Positions 47,585-62,742 of a stretch of 64,000 nt of DNA are shown one piece after another. The first letter of the stretch is position 1. Each line of letters starts with the position of its first letter. A program made the translations under genes and the position numbers. Below the pieces are notes generated by a model, which saw only the letters and a list, made by a program, of their open reading frames with translations, made no database searches and was not told the DNA's origin. The DNA comes from Octopus vulgaris (lineage: Eukaryota), in assembly GCA_951406725.2 (NCBI GenBank), contig OX597827.1:71300001-71364000 (forward strand). The letters are read 5' to 3'.

Positions 47585-49720
47585 TCATAAGAGACAATAT
47601 ATTTCACTCAATATTTGTAAAATTTTTAAAAGAGTGATAACAAGAACTGTATGTAAATGATATAAAAAAAAATAATAAAATTTTGTTGTGTTTTTTTTCC
47701 TTTCTTCACCAATCTCAAGAATTATATTTCAGGCAATCTGGAGGGGTTTCTGAGGGATAAGTTCGAGATATACAAGACTGTATAATAACTGGAATTGATG
47801 TAAATTAATATTTCCAAATTATGTTTCTGAACAGGATATTTAAAGTTAATGAGTAGTTATTATATACATGTTCCATGATATGTTTGTTTTCCATCCTCAA
47901 CAGGTTTCAAAATTGGGGTTGGATAGATTCACAGGCAGCAGCTCATCCTTCCTCATTCAATACACGGTACTTGACCTAAAATAGAGAAAATCAAATTTAT
48001 AACATTAGCCATAAACGCCATGACAAACGACAAAGAAGATTTTAGTTGTTATTAGCAATGGAAGCAGCATTATTTCAAAATACCATTCTGTATAATTTAC
48101 TTAATGTGGATATACCGTAGAAAGCCATAAAGCTGTGGTATTCGTCTCGAGAAAACATCTCGCATAGATGTTTAGTGCTCAAGAAGCATAGGAGAATAGC
48201 AGTAGCAGACAAAAGTGGAATTGTTAAATCCAGAAATTTGCCTTTTAGTACTTTACATTTACACAAGATGTTGTCTCGAGAGGAATACTGCAGTTTTGTG
48301 TCTTTCTACAGAATATCCATGTTAAGTAAGATATAAAGAAGATTGTATATTTAGCTTGTTAATCCTTTTGATATCAACTTGCCTGAGACTCTGAGACTAA
48401 CCCTGGTTCTTAGACACAAACTTCTTGTCTTAAATTGATCTAAATTAAAATCTTTTATCAAAAAAATGCCACGTAAAAAGCATTGGCGTAGGTCGCCTGG
48501 CCCCCGTGCCGGTAGCACGTAAAAGCACCATCCGTTCGTGTCCGTTGCCAGCCTCGCCTGGCCCTCGTGCCGGTAGCACGTAAAAGCACCATCCATTCGT
48601 GGCCGTTTGCCAGCTCTGTCTGGCACCTGTGCAGGTGGCACGTAAAAAGCACCCACTACACTCACGGAGTGGTTGGTGTTAGGAAGGGCATCCAGCCGTA
48701 GAAACACTGCCAAATCTGACTGGGCCTGATGAAGCCTTCCGGCTTCACAGACCCCAGTTAAACCGTCCAACCCATGCTAGCATGGAAAACGGACACTAAA
48801 TGATGATGATGATGATGATGATGATGGTGCCACATAAAAAGCATTGGTGATGGTGCCACTTAAAAAGCACCCAGTAAAGTGGCTGAGGTTAGGAAGGGCA
48901 TGTGGCTGCAGAAAAGAAACCAAAACAGACTACAGAACCTGGTGTGGGCCCTGACCTTGCCAGCTCCTGTCAAACTGCCCAATCCATGCCAACATGGAAA
49001 ACAGATGTTAAATGTTGACGATGATGAAAATTTCACGTTAATTTATGTTCGAAATATCTACTTAGTAATGACTAATTTATAAAAAATTTTTTTCATTATT
49101 TTCAAAGTTAATTAAAACAAAGGCAGCAGTGTGTACCACGGTAACGATGGCAACGAAAGGGATGAACCTTTCATAACTGTATTTCAAATAAATTATACTA
49201 CCTATATATTCAATTATCTTTGAAATTGAATATATTTCAAAGATATATTCAACTTGGGTATTGACTATATAGGCGCAGGAGTGGCTGTGTGGTAAGTAGC
49301 TTGCTTACCAACCACATGGTTCCAGGTTCAGTCCTACTGCGTGGCACCTTGGGCAAGTGTCTTCTACTATAGCCTCAGGCTGACCAAAGCCTTGTGAGTG
49401 GATTTGGTAGACGGAAACTGAAAGAAGCCCATTATATATATATATATAATATTTATGTGAGTGTCTTTGTGTCCATGTTTCAGTCTACCAAATCCACCCA
49501 CATAAGCCTTGGTCAGCCTGAGGCAATAGTAGAAGACACTTGCCCAAGGTGCCACGAAGTGGGGCTGAACCTGGAACCATACGGTTGGGTGGGAAGCAAG
49601 CTTCTTTACCACACAGCTGTGGCACAAGCGAATAACAATGGAATTTACAGAAAAACAGAAAGAAAAATACGCACAGAACAGGTACAGACAGACAGACATG
49701 CCAAGCAGACAGATGAGATG

Positions 49721-49752
<32 letters not shown>

Positions 49753-50840
49753 CACACACATACACTCGACATTGAAATAGTACTTATGCATGTCTTAACA
49801 TGAAGCCACTCCTACCCTGCAATGATAATCACACACACACACACACACATGCCGCTGCTACCACCATCACCACCACTTTGCTTATCATTAAGTATAGAAA
49901 CACTGCATTACTCATCTGGATCCTTGACACACACACACACACACACAACAAACAACAAATTCCTTACTCTACACTTGACCTACATTGAAAATACTTATTG
50001 AGGCACTTTGTGCTCACTTAACCTGCTAGAAATAGTAGCCAAGCCTCAAACCCACACTACTGTTTTACGAAAAAAAAAAAATCTATAAAGCCGCAGCTGT
50101 GTGGTAAGAAGCCTGCTTCCCAACTGCATGGTTCCAGGTTCAGCCCCACTGCGTGGCACCTTGGGCAAGTGTCTTCTACGATTGCCTCAGGTCGACTAAG
50201 GCATATGTGGGTGGATTTGGTTGACGGAAACTGAAAGAAGCCCATTTTATATATATACATATACATATATACATATACATATATATATATATATATATGA
50301 GTGTCTTTGTGTCTATACTTGTATACAAATGTATGAATGAAAAAATTACAGGATGGTTAATGGTTGAATGACCTTGATCTTGAGTCTTCTAAATTAGAGT
50401 TGATGGGGAAACTAGATAACAACAACAGCAACACTATTTTAATGTGAAACAAATGAAATATTCATAATAATAATTATTATTATTTCAAATTTTTTTTTGT
50501 TGCCACAAGAGCAGCTTGGGGGGTGGGAAATTGGGGATGAATCGATTACATCGACCCCAGTGTTTAACTTTGTAATTTTATCGATCTCAAAAGGATAGAA
50601 GGTAAGGTCAACCTTGGCGGAATTTGAACTCAGAACATAGGAATGAGCGAAATACCACTTAGCACTTTGTCCAGAATGGTAACAATTCTGCTAGCTCACT
50701 GCCTTAATAATAATAATAATGGTTTCAGATTTTGGCACCAGGTCAGTGATTTTAGGTAAGGGGTTAATTAATACAGTTCTATATTTATATATTCCTCCTG
50801 TATATATAGGAATGAGAACCCAGGTTCAAAATTTCTCCAA

Positions 50841-50886
50841 GACACCTGAAGAAGGCTGGAAGGTATATCAGCCGAAACGTTGTGTT
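50841..50886 (+). ncRNA. Minimal type I hammerhead ribozyme motif (Penelope-type)
   Basis: GACAC-CTGAAGA-A-GGCTG..CAGCC-GAAA-CGTT-GTGTT: stem I, conserved core, stem II and a palindromic mini stem III. Confidence 0.65.
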
Positions 50887-52429
50887 AACAACAAACAAGA
50901 TGAAGACAAATATCCATCGAGTGTAAATAACGGGGTTAAGTTGATTAAATCAACCTCAGTGCTCAACTTATACACATTCTATTAACCCTGAAAGGATGAA
51001 AGGCAAAATTAACCATACATGAAGAGGTGGCTACATGGTTAAGAAATTTCCTTCTTAACCAGATGGTTTTGGGTTCAATTTCATTGCATAACACCTAGGG
51101 TAAGTTACTTCTACTATAGCTCTGAGTTAACCAAAGCCTTGTGAGTGGATCTTGTAGATGGAAACTGAAAGAAGCCTGTCGTATGTGTGTCTCCTTGTCT
51201 TGAAACTGCATTGACTGTTGTAAATGAATATCATTCATTTTCAATATTTGGCAGAAACATGTTTGGCTATGGGAGAATATTATTACCTTACTTGGAAACA
51301 GGTGAAGGTTGGTCACAGGAAGGGCTTCCAGCTGTAGAAATCTACCTCAATAAACTCTGTCTGACCCATGCAGGTATGAAAAAGTAAATGATGAACGAAA
51401 AGAGCCAAACAAAAAAAAATGCTAGAAGGCATTTTGTCTGAATTTGCCATTTCATCACTCTTAAGAATCGCTTCCAATATAAGCGCAAGGCCTGAAATTT
51501 TAGGGAGAGCAGCAACAATTGATTATTACTCTTTTACTTGTTTCAGTCATTTGACTGCGGCCATGCTGGAGCACTGCCTTTAGTTGAGCAAATCGACCCC
51601 AGGACTTATTCTTTGTAAGCCTAGTACTTATTCTATCAGTCTCTTTTGCCGAACTGCTAAGTTACGGGGATGTAAACACACCAGCATCGGTTGTCAAGCG
51701 ATGTTGGGGGGACAAACACAGACACACAAACATATATATATATATACATATATACGACAGGCTTCCTTCAGTTTCCGTCTACCAAATCCACTCACAAGGC
51801 TTTGGTCGGCCCGAGGTTATAGTAGAAGACACTTGCCCAAGGTACCATGCAGTGGGAATGAACCTGGAACCATGTGGTTGGGAAGCAAGCGACTTACCAC
51901 ACTCCTGCGCCTATTGACCTTAGTAATTGAATGATGCCTTGTTTCATCAACAATGGAATGATCTTGATGGGATTCAAACTCAGAAATTGCATTAAAAACT
52001 GTGAAGCCTTTTATACGCCACCCTATGAGCTCGTTAGCTGCATACCTAATAACGTCTATAGGATAGTAGCCAAAATAAATGTTCGTTGGGTGATTTCTCT
52101 AAGCATATTTAACATTAGAGAGAGAGAGAGAGAGAAAGAGAGGTATAGAAAGTTAATATGAGGCGCAGGATGCTTGCGTATACTAGGCTTAGTGGCAGGC
52201 AATGAGTAAAGGAACGCTGTACCCACAGAGTAGGAGAGAAAGAATCATAGAAGAGAGGGAGTAAACGGCAGTAATTATAGGAGGAGTCATACAAACGAGA
52301 AATTTGATTTACTTAATTTTAAGATAATAAGTATTTTACTTTTGTAAACTAGAATTCATTTCGTTGTTTTGTATAAGTGCCAAGACACCTTACAAAAGTT
52401 CAATTATAATTATTGTATGTGTGCCATAA

Positions 52430-52635
52430 TTGTTCAAGCCAAGCCAATTGGCAGCAGATCTAGGGGTAAACTTAGAATGAGATGGTTGAATAGTATCCAT
52501 AGTCTAATTGGAAACCCAGCAGGTAAGTGTAATGGCGGTTGCTTCTGATAGGATCTGGAGGAGGAGGAGGCTTGAGCACTCTACCTTTCCAACCCACCCA
52601 GGAATAGCGTACGGAGAAGATGGATGAATGAATGC
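52430..52635 (+). mobile_element. RTE-type LINE 3' end remnant
   Basis: KPIGSRSRGKLRMRWLNSIHSL resembles the GxRxRGRPxxRWxD motif; short (GGAT/GAAT)n tail. Confidence 0.6.
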
Positions 52636-54235
52636 CATATTTCCTGAAATTACCCACGGTGTCAAAAGTATACTTCCAAATTTACCCCTCATATGATAGG
52701 TAACACTCTACATACAACTAATAATCCTTTCTCATTTCTTTATTGCCCACAAGGGGCTAAACAAGGACAGACAAAGGGATTAAGTTGATTACATCAACCC
52801 CAGTACGTAACTGGTACTTAATTTATCAACCCCAAAAAGATGAACGGCAAAGTCGACCTCGGTAGAACTTGAACTCAGAACGTAACGGCAGACGACATAC
52901 CTATTTCTTTACTACCCACAAGGGGCTATACACAGAGGGGACGAACAAGGACAGACAAACGGATTAAGTCGATTATATCGACTCCAGTATGTAACTGGTA
53001 CTTAATTTATCAACCCCGAAAGGATGAAAGGCAAAGTCGACCTCGGTGGAACTCAGAACGTAACGGCAGACAACATACCGCTAAGCATTACACCCAGTGT
53101 GCTTACGTTTCTGCCAGCTCGCCGCCTTTCTACAAGAGGCACAATGCCTGAAATTTAGGAGGGCAAGGGCTACTGGATAACATCAACTCCAGTGCAAAAC
53201 TGATACTTAGTTAATAATAGACTAAATGTTGCGAAACATTGCATCTGGCGTACTAATGATTCTGCCAGCTTGCTGCTTTTTTATAATAATGGTAATCCTT
53301 TTTCTACTATAGGCACAAAACCTGAAATTTTGGGGGCAGGGGTTAGCTGATTACATCAACCCCAGTACTTAACTGGTACTTATTTTACTGACTCTAAAAG
53401 ATGAAAAGCAAAGCTGGCCTTGTCAGAATTTGAACCCCTAAAGTAATAATGGACGAAATGTTGCTAAGCATTCTTCTAGCATGCGAATGATTTTGCTAAC
53501 TCACTGCCTTTTTATAATAATAATAATTCATTCTTTTATTGGCCACAAGGGCTCACATGAAATTACATTAAGACACACAACAACATAACAGACAAAAACA
53601 GGACAATACAATGGGTTCTTATGTGCAGACAATAAAAATAACAGTTAAAAAATTAAACAAATTAAACTCTCAATAGGGGAGGTGCAATGGAATTGATCAA
53701 TTATGGGAAAATGAAAGGTAAAATCAACTATGCCAGTGATTTGAATTTACAATGGAAATACTATAAGATACTTCATCTGATGTTTCTACCAATTCCGTCG
53801 AGACAAGTGATCATCATGATCACCTACATTTAACAACCATTTTTCTGTGGTCGGCCTGATGCTCTTACTGTTGCTAACCTTCACCTGTTTCCGGGCAAGG
53901 TAATATTTCCTGCTATCCAGACATATTTTTCAGATGACTGGAAACCAACAATATTGTTTGTATGACGATGATGTTCATTTACAACCCTGATGTCAAGACA
54001 AGAGTACACACACACACACACACACATATACACTTTTACTTGTTTCAGTCATTTGACTGTGGCCATGCTGGAGCACCACCTTTAGTCGAGCAAATCAACC
54101 CCACGACTTATTCTTCGTAAGCCTAGTACTTATTCTAATGGTCTCTTTTGCTGATCCACTAAGTTATGGGGACGTAAACACACCAGCATCAGTTGTCAAG
54201 CGATGTTGGGGGGACAAACACAGACACACAAATAT

Positions 54236-54290
<55 letters not shown>

Positions 54291-57200
54291 TATATATGAC
54301 GGGCTTCTTTCAGTTTCAGTTCTGTCACAAGGCTTTGGTCGGCCTGAGACTATAGAAGACACTTGCCCAAGGTGCCACGCAGTGGGACTGAACCCAGATC
54401 CATGTGGTTGGTAAGCAAGCTACTTACCGCACAGCCACTCCTACGCCTACAAATATATATACACCAGGTTTCTTCCAGTTTATGTCTACCAAATCCATGC
54501 ACAAAGCTTTGGTTCGCTCAGAGCTATAGTATATATTCTTTTTTACTCTTTTATATGTTTCAGTCATTTGACTGCGGCCATGCTGGAGCACCACCTTTAG
54601 TCGAGCAAATCGACTCCGGGACTTATTCTTTGTAAGCCCAGTACTTATTCTATTGGTCTCTTTTTCCGAACAGCTAAGTGACGGGGACGTAAACACACCA
54701 GCATTAGTTGTCAAGCAATGCTAGGGGTACAAACATAGACACACAAACACACACACATGCATATATATATATATACGACGGGCTTCTTTCAGTTTCCGTC
54801 CACCAAATCCACTCACAAGGCTTTGGTCAGCCCGAGGCTATAGTAGAAGACACTTGCCCAAGGTGCCATGCAGTGGGACTGAACCCGGAACCATGTGGTT
54901 GGTAAACAAGCTACTTACCACACAGCCACAGAGAGAGACAGAGACAGACAGACATATAGATAAATAACTTCAAGTTGATGTTCTTCCAACGATTTTCTGG
55001 TCACTCCCTAAGAGTACATGTTAGTTTTCAATGAAATTTTGCAGACATGGATTTCAAAGGTGTGCTAGCAGAATCGTTACCGTGCTTGGAAAAATGCTTA
55101 GTAACATTTCTCTTGGCACTACGTTCAGAGTTCAAACACCGCTGGAGTCGACTTTGCCTTTCGTCTTTTCAGGGTCAATAAAATAAGTATCAGTTGTGCA
55201 CTGGGGTCGATGTAATCGACTTATCCCCAACCCCTGAAATTGCTGACCTTTTGCCAAAATTTGAAACCATTATTATTATTATTATTATTTCTACATAACT
55301 CATTTCAAAACGCAAACTGCAAAATGATAATTTGCAGATATATTTTATCGAGTGTAGATTATATCATCTTAATGTTTCAAATATATAAAACTAAAAAAAG
55401 AAAGAGAGCGAAACTGCTAAATTTACGGAAACTGGTACAAAATCTTATAAGAACGATCCAAATCTCCGCTTTAAAAAAATTCATCTTTTTCCTTAAATTT
55501 CATTAACATAATTGTACTCTGCACTTTCAAAAAACATCTGTGCAAAGTTTCACACACACACATATACTCTTTTATGCTTCAGTCAATTGACTGCGGCCAT
55601 GCTGGAGCACCGCAGGACTTATTCTTTGCAAGCCTAGTACTTATTCCATTGGCCCCTTTTGCCGAACCGCTAAGTTAATGGGACATAATCACACCACCAT
55701 CGGTTGTCAAGCGTTGGTGCGGAAGTGGAGGACAAACAGACACACACGCATAAATACTTGTATATATATATATATATACATACATACATACATATACACT
55801 ATAGGCTTCTTTCAGGTTTCCGTCTATCAAATCTACGCGCGAGGCCTTGGTCGGCCCGAGGCTATGGAAGAAGACACTTGCCCAAAATAGCACGCAGTGG
55901 AACTGAACCCGGATCCATGTGGTTGATAAGCAAGGTTCTTACCACACAGCCACGCCTGTGCCTATGTGCATTCTTTTAGAAAGTTTAGACGAAAACAAAG
56001 GTAGGCGGGGCACCAATCCGCACTTATGCTAATGTCCACAATTTAGCGCGCGCGCACACATCTCAAAATTAAACAGACCCCCGACTAATACCGTTTTATC
56101 TGTGCGGACATTAATCATTAGTAAGGTGCCGAAACAGGTTCGGTCATTAAAACCTGCACAAAGCATGTCTACTAAATACTAGATTAGGGATCGGCGAAAT
56201 ATATGGAGTAAAAACGAAATTCCTGGGGTTAAGGAGGACTTATTAGAGCCAAGTAAAATTACATTAATAAAAAAGGTGTTCCTTGATACGATAGAAATTT
56301 TTCTTTCGGCAAAACTGCATCTGTCTAATGTAATGGACGTGTAAATAGATTCAATAAACCTTTTAAATTCAAAGAATCTATGATTTTCTTCCTTTCAAAT
56401 CAAGGCGGTAACGTCGGCGTAAGTAAATATATTTTGGGGGTAATTGGTTAAAAAAAAGTCCCCCCGACTTCTGTACAAGAGATTAAGTATTCAAATGCAT
56501 CAAGTGACTTTATTTTGTTCCTTTCAAAAATGATGGTCTCTATTTACTTTCGAGATGTGTGTATGTGTGTGCGCGCGAGTATGAAAGAGCAAATTTTATT
56601 TAGTTTCAGGACAGACATGATAAAAGCAGACCTCCTATGGTGGTTAGGTGTCCACGACATGATCGTTCTGCTTCCAGTCACCCTCTTTGCAATGTATAAT
56701 AATATCCAGGCCAACATTATCCAATGTGTCCTTCCGCTTTTGTTAGGAGTTGTTTTAGCCCCAACTCAACCACGAGAATTGGTCTTTCTCTGATGAAAGA
56801 CCAATTCAAACTAACTATCACCAAGCCGTTTTTTATTTTGTTCCTTCCCAAGAATACCCTACAGAGACTGCATTATCCATCGAATGCAGTTTTTTTCTTT
56901 CTTTCTAGACGTTATTATGGTTTGTGGTGAGGAAAATTTGGATTCTATTTCTAGCAGGTGAACGACCGCAGGTTCGTTGAGGCACTTTCAGTTCAGTGAG
57001 AGGAGGAGGGAACGGCTGTTTCGCATGTTTGATAGCTGACGCATATATCTATGTAGAGGGGGGGGATGAAAAAAGAGAGAGAGAAAGATAGAGACACAGA
57101 GAAAGATAGAGAGGCAGGGAGAGGAAGAACGATTGTTAATATATATATATAATGTAACTACCTACCATCACTTTCGACTACACCACACAGACAAAAAGCA

Positions 57201-57331
57201 GGTTAGACCGACTAAACAAACCATTATTAATAACAGTAAAATAATAGAATATAAAACAAGGCATTCGTTCGACGAAAGATCGCCATAAAAATAAATAATC
57301 TAGCGCCATAACAAATATTAACAGAACTTAC

Positions 57332-57450
57332 CAACTTCACTCTAACCATTTCTTCTCTCTCTCTCTCTGTCAGCAAGGTACTAAAATACAACAATGCTTA
57401 TCGTATCCTCCATCACACAAGATGCAGTCGTCCCTCCATCACTGTCTCTC
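57332..57450 (-). other. Candidate non-coding first exon of the zinc-finger gene
   Basis: Strong donor TTG|GTAAGT at 57331 in unique, CpG-retaining sequence; would splice to the acceptor at 47976. The 5' boundary is approximate. Confidence 0.45.
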
Positions 57451-57924
57451 CTCTCCTACTAGTAATATATTATGGTACAACACTGTACACTGCATGTACA
57501 TTCAACACCATCGCCCGTAATATTCGTCTCAATTGAATGGAGACATCCTTTGTTTACCACGTGTTATGCATGACCTATATTACAGGACAAACTAAGTGAG
57601 CCACTCATACTTCTAAATACAAGAGACATAACTAAGTGATGTTTCTTGCACATTTTTGTTTGTTTATTTATTTATTTATTTGTTTGTTTGTTTAGTTTAT
57701 TTTTCGATAAAGTTACTCATATTGATTAAAAATAGATTATATATATATATATGTAGGTCCCGGGTTGATTCGGGGTTAACCACAGTAAATAAGGTACTCA
57801 ATACATAGCAGAGTAAAATTAATTTATTATATAGAAGGAGCTTCTACAGGACTAGAACTGTTTCATTCAAGAGAAATCTTCAGATATAAATTAGTAATGC
57901 AATACTACAGTATTTACTACTTTG

Positions 57925-58111
57925 TGTATATATATATATATATATAATCTATATATATATATAATCTATCTATATATATATATAATCTATCTATCTATCT
58001 ATATAATCTATCTATCTATCTATATAATCTATCTATCTATCTATATAATCTATCTATCTATCTATATAATCTATAATCTATCTATATAATCTATCTATCT
58101 ATCTATATATA

Positions 58112-58196
<85 letters not shown>

Positions 58197-58292
58197 ATAT
58201 ATATATATATAATCTATATATATATATATAATCTATCTATAGATATAATCTATCTATATATATATATATATATCTATATATATATATATATA
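57925..58292. repeat. Compound (TCTA)n/(TA)n microsatellite
   Basis: Direct inspection. Confidence 0.95.
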
Positions 58293-61200
58293 GGTATGTT
58301 GATGCAAACAGGAAAAATATGACAGAACTTAAAATATATTTTTATTTCATCTAGTTTCAGCTCACGAGCTGTGGCCATGCTGGGGCACCGCCATTTGTAT
58401 ATGTATATATTTTTTTATTAATATTTAGCAGAAGTACCAGAGTGGCTCAAGGTCCGAGAGTTTCGTGTGTTGGCACTTATCACACACACACACACACACA
58501 CACTATACATACAAATATAAATGAAGAAAATTTGTTAAAAGCCCATTTCTTTCTTGCACACATTATCACACATACATACACACACACACATAAAATTACT
58601 GTATGTTATAAGCACAATGAATGATTGACCAGTTAATTTTTATGCACAGAACCACACATAAATACATTGAGGAAAAAAATTCTTTAAAATCCAGTTGTTG
58701 CTTAGAAATTACTATTATTATTAAGTTCAATGACATCAAAAATGGTTTCAAAATATCCATCTAATTGTAAATGTATGTTAATTAGCATTGGGAAACAGTG
58801 ATTTTAAACGATGCAGATAGTAAAATATAATACATACAGGCAGAAGAAGAGGAAATGTAGTTGTTATGAGTGAGGTATAATATATGTTAGCATGAGTGAG
58901 TGTTTGTTTTGCCTGGCAACATTTGGCATACTTTCAAGTGTGCTATGGCTTGGATGTGAGTGAGTGTGATTTTAAGCTAGGTCAGTCTCTATCGCATACA
59001 GGATGTGAGCAGAGCAGAGTTTCGTTTGTTTTATTTGCTTATTTATTTATTTTAATTCTTCTCCGATGTGTGTATCAGAGCGTGGATAATTTTGAAGCAG
59101 AGCTTTTCTTCACGCCTGGATGCCCTCCTTCACGCCAACCACTTAAACGTGGAAACAGAAAGATAAAGAACTAAAGAACACGGGGAGAGAGGGTTTAGTC
59201 ATACAAGCCATGAACGTGGGGGAATGCATCTGTGAAGGGTTACATAGATTTACAAATGAAAGAGAGAAAAAAGAAAAGAAAAGAAAAGACAAGGTGAGGA
59301 ATGTGACGGGAGAATAGCGAATAAGTCAGGTGGAAATAACAGGAAGAGAAACGGCAGGGTGGTACCTGGAGGGAATTTAAATGGTAATGCATTCGAGTGG
59401 AATCGATAGTTAATATCTATTTCTGATTCTCTTTCTTGGCGGCTATAAGTTTATGTAGGCCTTGCATTCAAGCAACTGTGTGTGTGTGAACACATAAATA
59501 TACATCTCTGTACATATATTAGCTCATATAAATATATATATATATATGTGTGTGTCTATCTAGAGAGATGATTTGAGTTTAGCAAAAGCATAGATCCACT
59601 GCCAAGGAATAAAACTGCTTTATATATACATATATATATATATAATTCCGGTAATGTTACCTCTGATGACGTAAGGTAATAGGTACATACAATTAGTGAT
59701 CAGTTTGAGCACTAATTTGATCCTTTATCAATCTCTTGTGAAGTATATTCCTGTAACAATTCTACCCTTGTGTTTAAATATGTGTCATAATTTGACCTGA
59801 TAGCAGTTGTTTCCTTGTTTATACTTTATTATTATTATTATAAAAGCGGCGAGCTGGCAGAATCGTTTGCATGCCGGGCAAAATTCTTAGAGGTATTTCG
59901 TCTGTCTTTATGTTCTGAGTTCAAATTCCGTCGAGACGGACTTTGAATTTCATCCTATCGGGGTCGATAAATTAAGTATCAGTCAAACATTGGGGTCGAT
60001 GTAATCGACTAGTTTCCTCCCCCGAAATTTCAGGCCTTGTGACTATTAGTAGAAAGGTTTATGATTATTATTAATATTATTATTATTATACACAAACATA
60101 CAAGTTATACTGCGTGTAGAACAACTGTAGATGCAGATACACTTGACTTATAAATAAATATATTGTATAATTATCAGTATACATATAATATACACATCAA
60201 AGTGAATGTGAGGGAAAAAGATAAAAACGTTGAATATATTCTAGACTGTTTCACAATCCCTTTCTTCTCCACCCTGTCAAAAAAAAAAAAAAGAAAAAAA
60301 AAAACTAATAATAATTTCCTCAAACCAAGAAAAATCTCTTATGACTCACTAGAATGAATGTTTTTTTGAAGCTGGCTGCCCATTCTACCAACAACAACTG
60401 AACTCAAATAGCAGGTTCTGTCTTGTCAAGTAGGAAATTGACAGCCAGGGTCATGCACCCTGCCTGTTCTAGAATGACTTAAGCAGACCGCGCGCATATG
60501 TGAGGTGGGTGTGAGGGTAGGGTTTCGAGGGTACAAAAAAAAAATGAGAGACAAGTAAGGGAACAAACAAGGTGAATTTAGTTTGATGCTCAGGAAGAAT
60601 GGAAAATTCTTTGACGTAGGAGTGTGGCTGTGTGGTAAGTAGCTTGCTTACAAACCACATGGTTCCGGGTTCAGTCCCACTGCATGGCACCTTGGGCAAG
60701 TGTCTTCTACTATAGCCTCGGGCCGACCAAAGCCTTGTGAAATTCACTCACAAGGCTTTGGTCGACCGAAACTGAAAGAAGCCTGTCGTATATATGTATG
60801 TATATATATGTTTGTGTGTGTGTATATGTTTGTGTCTGTGTTTCTCCTCCCTAATATTGCTTGACAACCGATGCTGGTGTGTTTATGTCCCAGTAACTAA
60901 GCGGTTCAGCAAAAGAGACCAATAGAATAAGTACTAGGCTTACAAAGAATAAGTCCTGGGATCGATTTGTTCGACTAAAGGCGATGCTCCAGCATGGCCG
61001 CAGTCAAATGACTGAAACAAATAAATGTGGAGAGAGAGTGTAGATTAACTTTCAAAAAGTTGTCATGGGGTTAATGGTACAAAAATGGTTGGGAACCCTT
61101 GATTTAACACAACATTACTGAATCTGTCCTTTTTTTTAAAGATGCTATATCAGTAAGATCTGGGTACTATTTCTAGCAACCATATTTAATGACTGGGTAA

Positions 61201-61325
61201 AGATTCCTTCATTATAAGTAACGTCTGGCTGCTATTTTTAGCAAAAAATTCAGTGACTGGATCAAGATTTCTTTATTGGTCTCAGCAAAGTGTGCTTAGA
61301 TCAAGAATGAAGCCAACATATATAC

Positions 61326-61526
61326 CAGTGGTTTTCAACCAGGGTTCCGCCAGTACAGTCCAGGGGTTCCGCAAGAAGTTACAAAACTGCTAAAATCGGC
61401 AGTAATTTTTAATTCTCCTGTGCAGATATGTGTGCATAAGACTATTAAATTATTGCACAGGGGTTCCCCGAGCCAGTGGAATGTTTCCTTGGGGTTCCGC
61501 TCCAGCAAAAAGTTTGAAAAGCACTG
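61326..61526. mobile_element. hAT MITE with a perfect 8-bp target-site duplication
   Basis: CAGTGGTTTTCAA / TTGAAAAGCACTG ends; ATATATAC on both sides; internal GGGTTCC repeats. Confidence 0.9.
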
Positions 61527-62435
61527 ATATATACTAAGGCTTTTTTCACACTTTGATTTGGATGTTTTACTTAGCAACAACCATTTCCTGTAGAAGGAGA
61601 TGATAAAAAGAACACAGGGTTTTGGTTGTGCTACAGAAAGAAAGTGTGTCTGGAAGGGGACGAAGGAAGAATAATAAGAATCAAGTGGAAATGGAAAGGA
61701 GAGAAGCAGATTGGGAGGATTGAAATGGTAAAGTGTTTAACTAAGATCCATTGGTAAGATGTAATTCAAAATCTATTTCTTAGAGGTTAAATGTTACGAG
61801 TAACTTCCTTTGGTGTAAGCTCTGTGCGTGCTTGCCTTTGATGTGTGAGAGAGACACACATAATAAGCCTATCCTTTGCCTTGATAGTTTGTTAGCTTAA
61901 GAGAATTCTTGAGTCGTGAGATTATCTCCCCTTTTGATAACAGGGTACACATCATCATCATCGTCGTCGTCAGCATTTAACGTCTGCTTTCCATACTGGT
62001 ATGGGTTGGATAGTTTGACTGAAAACTGGTAAGCTGCAGAGTGCTACGCCAGGTTCCAATCTGATTTGGCATGGTTTCTATGCCTGGATGCCCTTCCTGA
62101 CGCCAACTGCTCCAAGAGTGTAGTGGGTGCTTCTTACGGGCCACCAGCACAGGTACCAGTTACGGACATAAAAATTGTTATATAAAATCGATTGCTACAA
62201 ATGAATGGCTTGTGTTGCTCTTAGTATACATTCCTCATGGTTGCCATGAAGATCTCATATATATTAGGAGTGGCTGTGCGGTAAGAAGCTTGCTAACGAA
62301 CCACATGGTTCCAGGTTCAGTTCCACTGTGTGGCACCATGGGCAAGTGTCTTCTACTATAGCCTCGGGCCTACCAAAGCCTTGAGTGGATTCGGTAGACG
62401 GAAACTGAAAGAAGCCCGTCGTATATATGTACATG

Positions 62436-62494
<59 letters not shown>

Positions 62495-62702
62495 GTATGT
62501 GTGTGTGTGTGTTTGTCCCCCCGACATCGCTTGACAACCGATGCTGGTGTGTTTATGTCCCCATAACTTAGCGGTTCGGCAAAAGAGACCAATAGAATAA
62601 GTACTAGGCTTACAAAAAATAAATCCTGGGATCGATTTGCTCGAATAAAGCCGGTGCTCCAGCATGACCACAGTCAAATACTGAAACAAGTAAAAGAACA
62701 GA

Positions 62703-62742
<40 letters not shown>

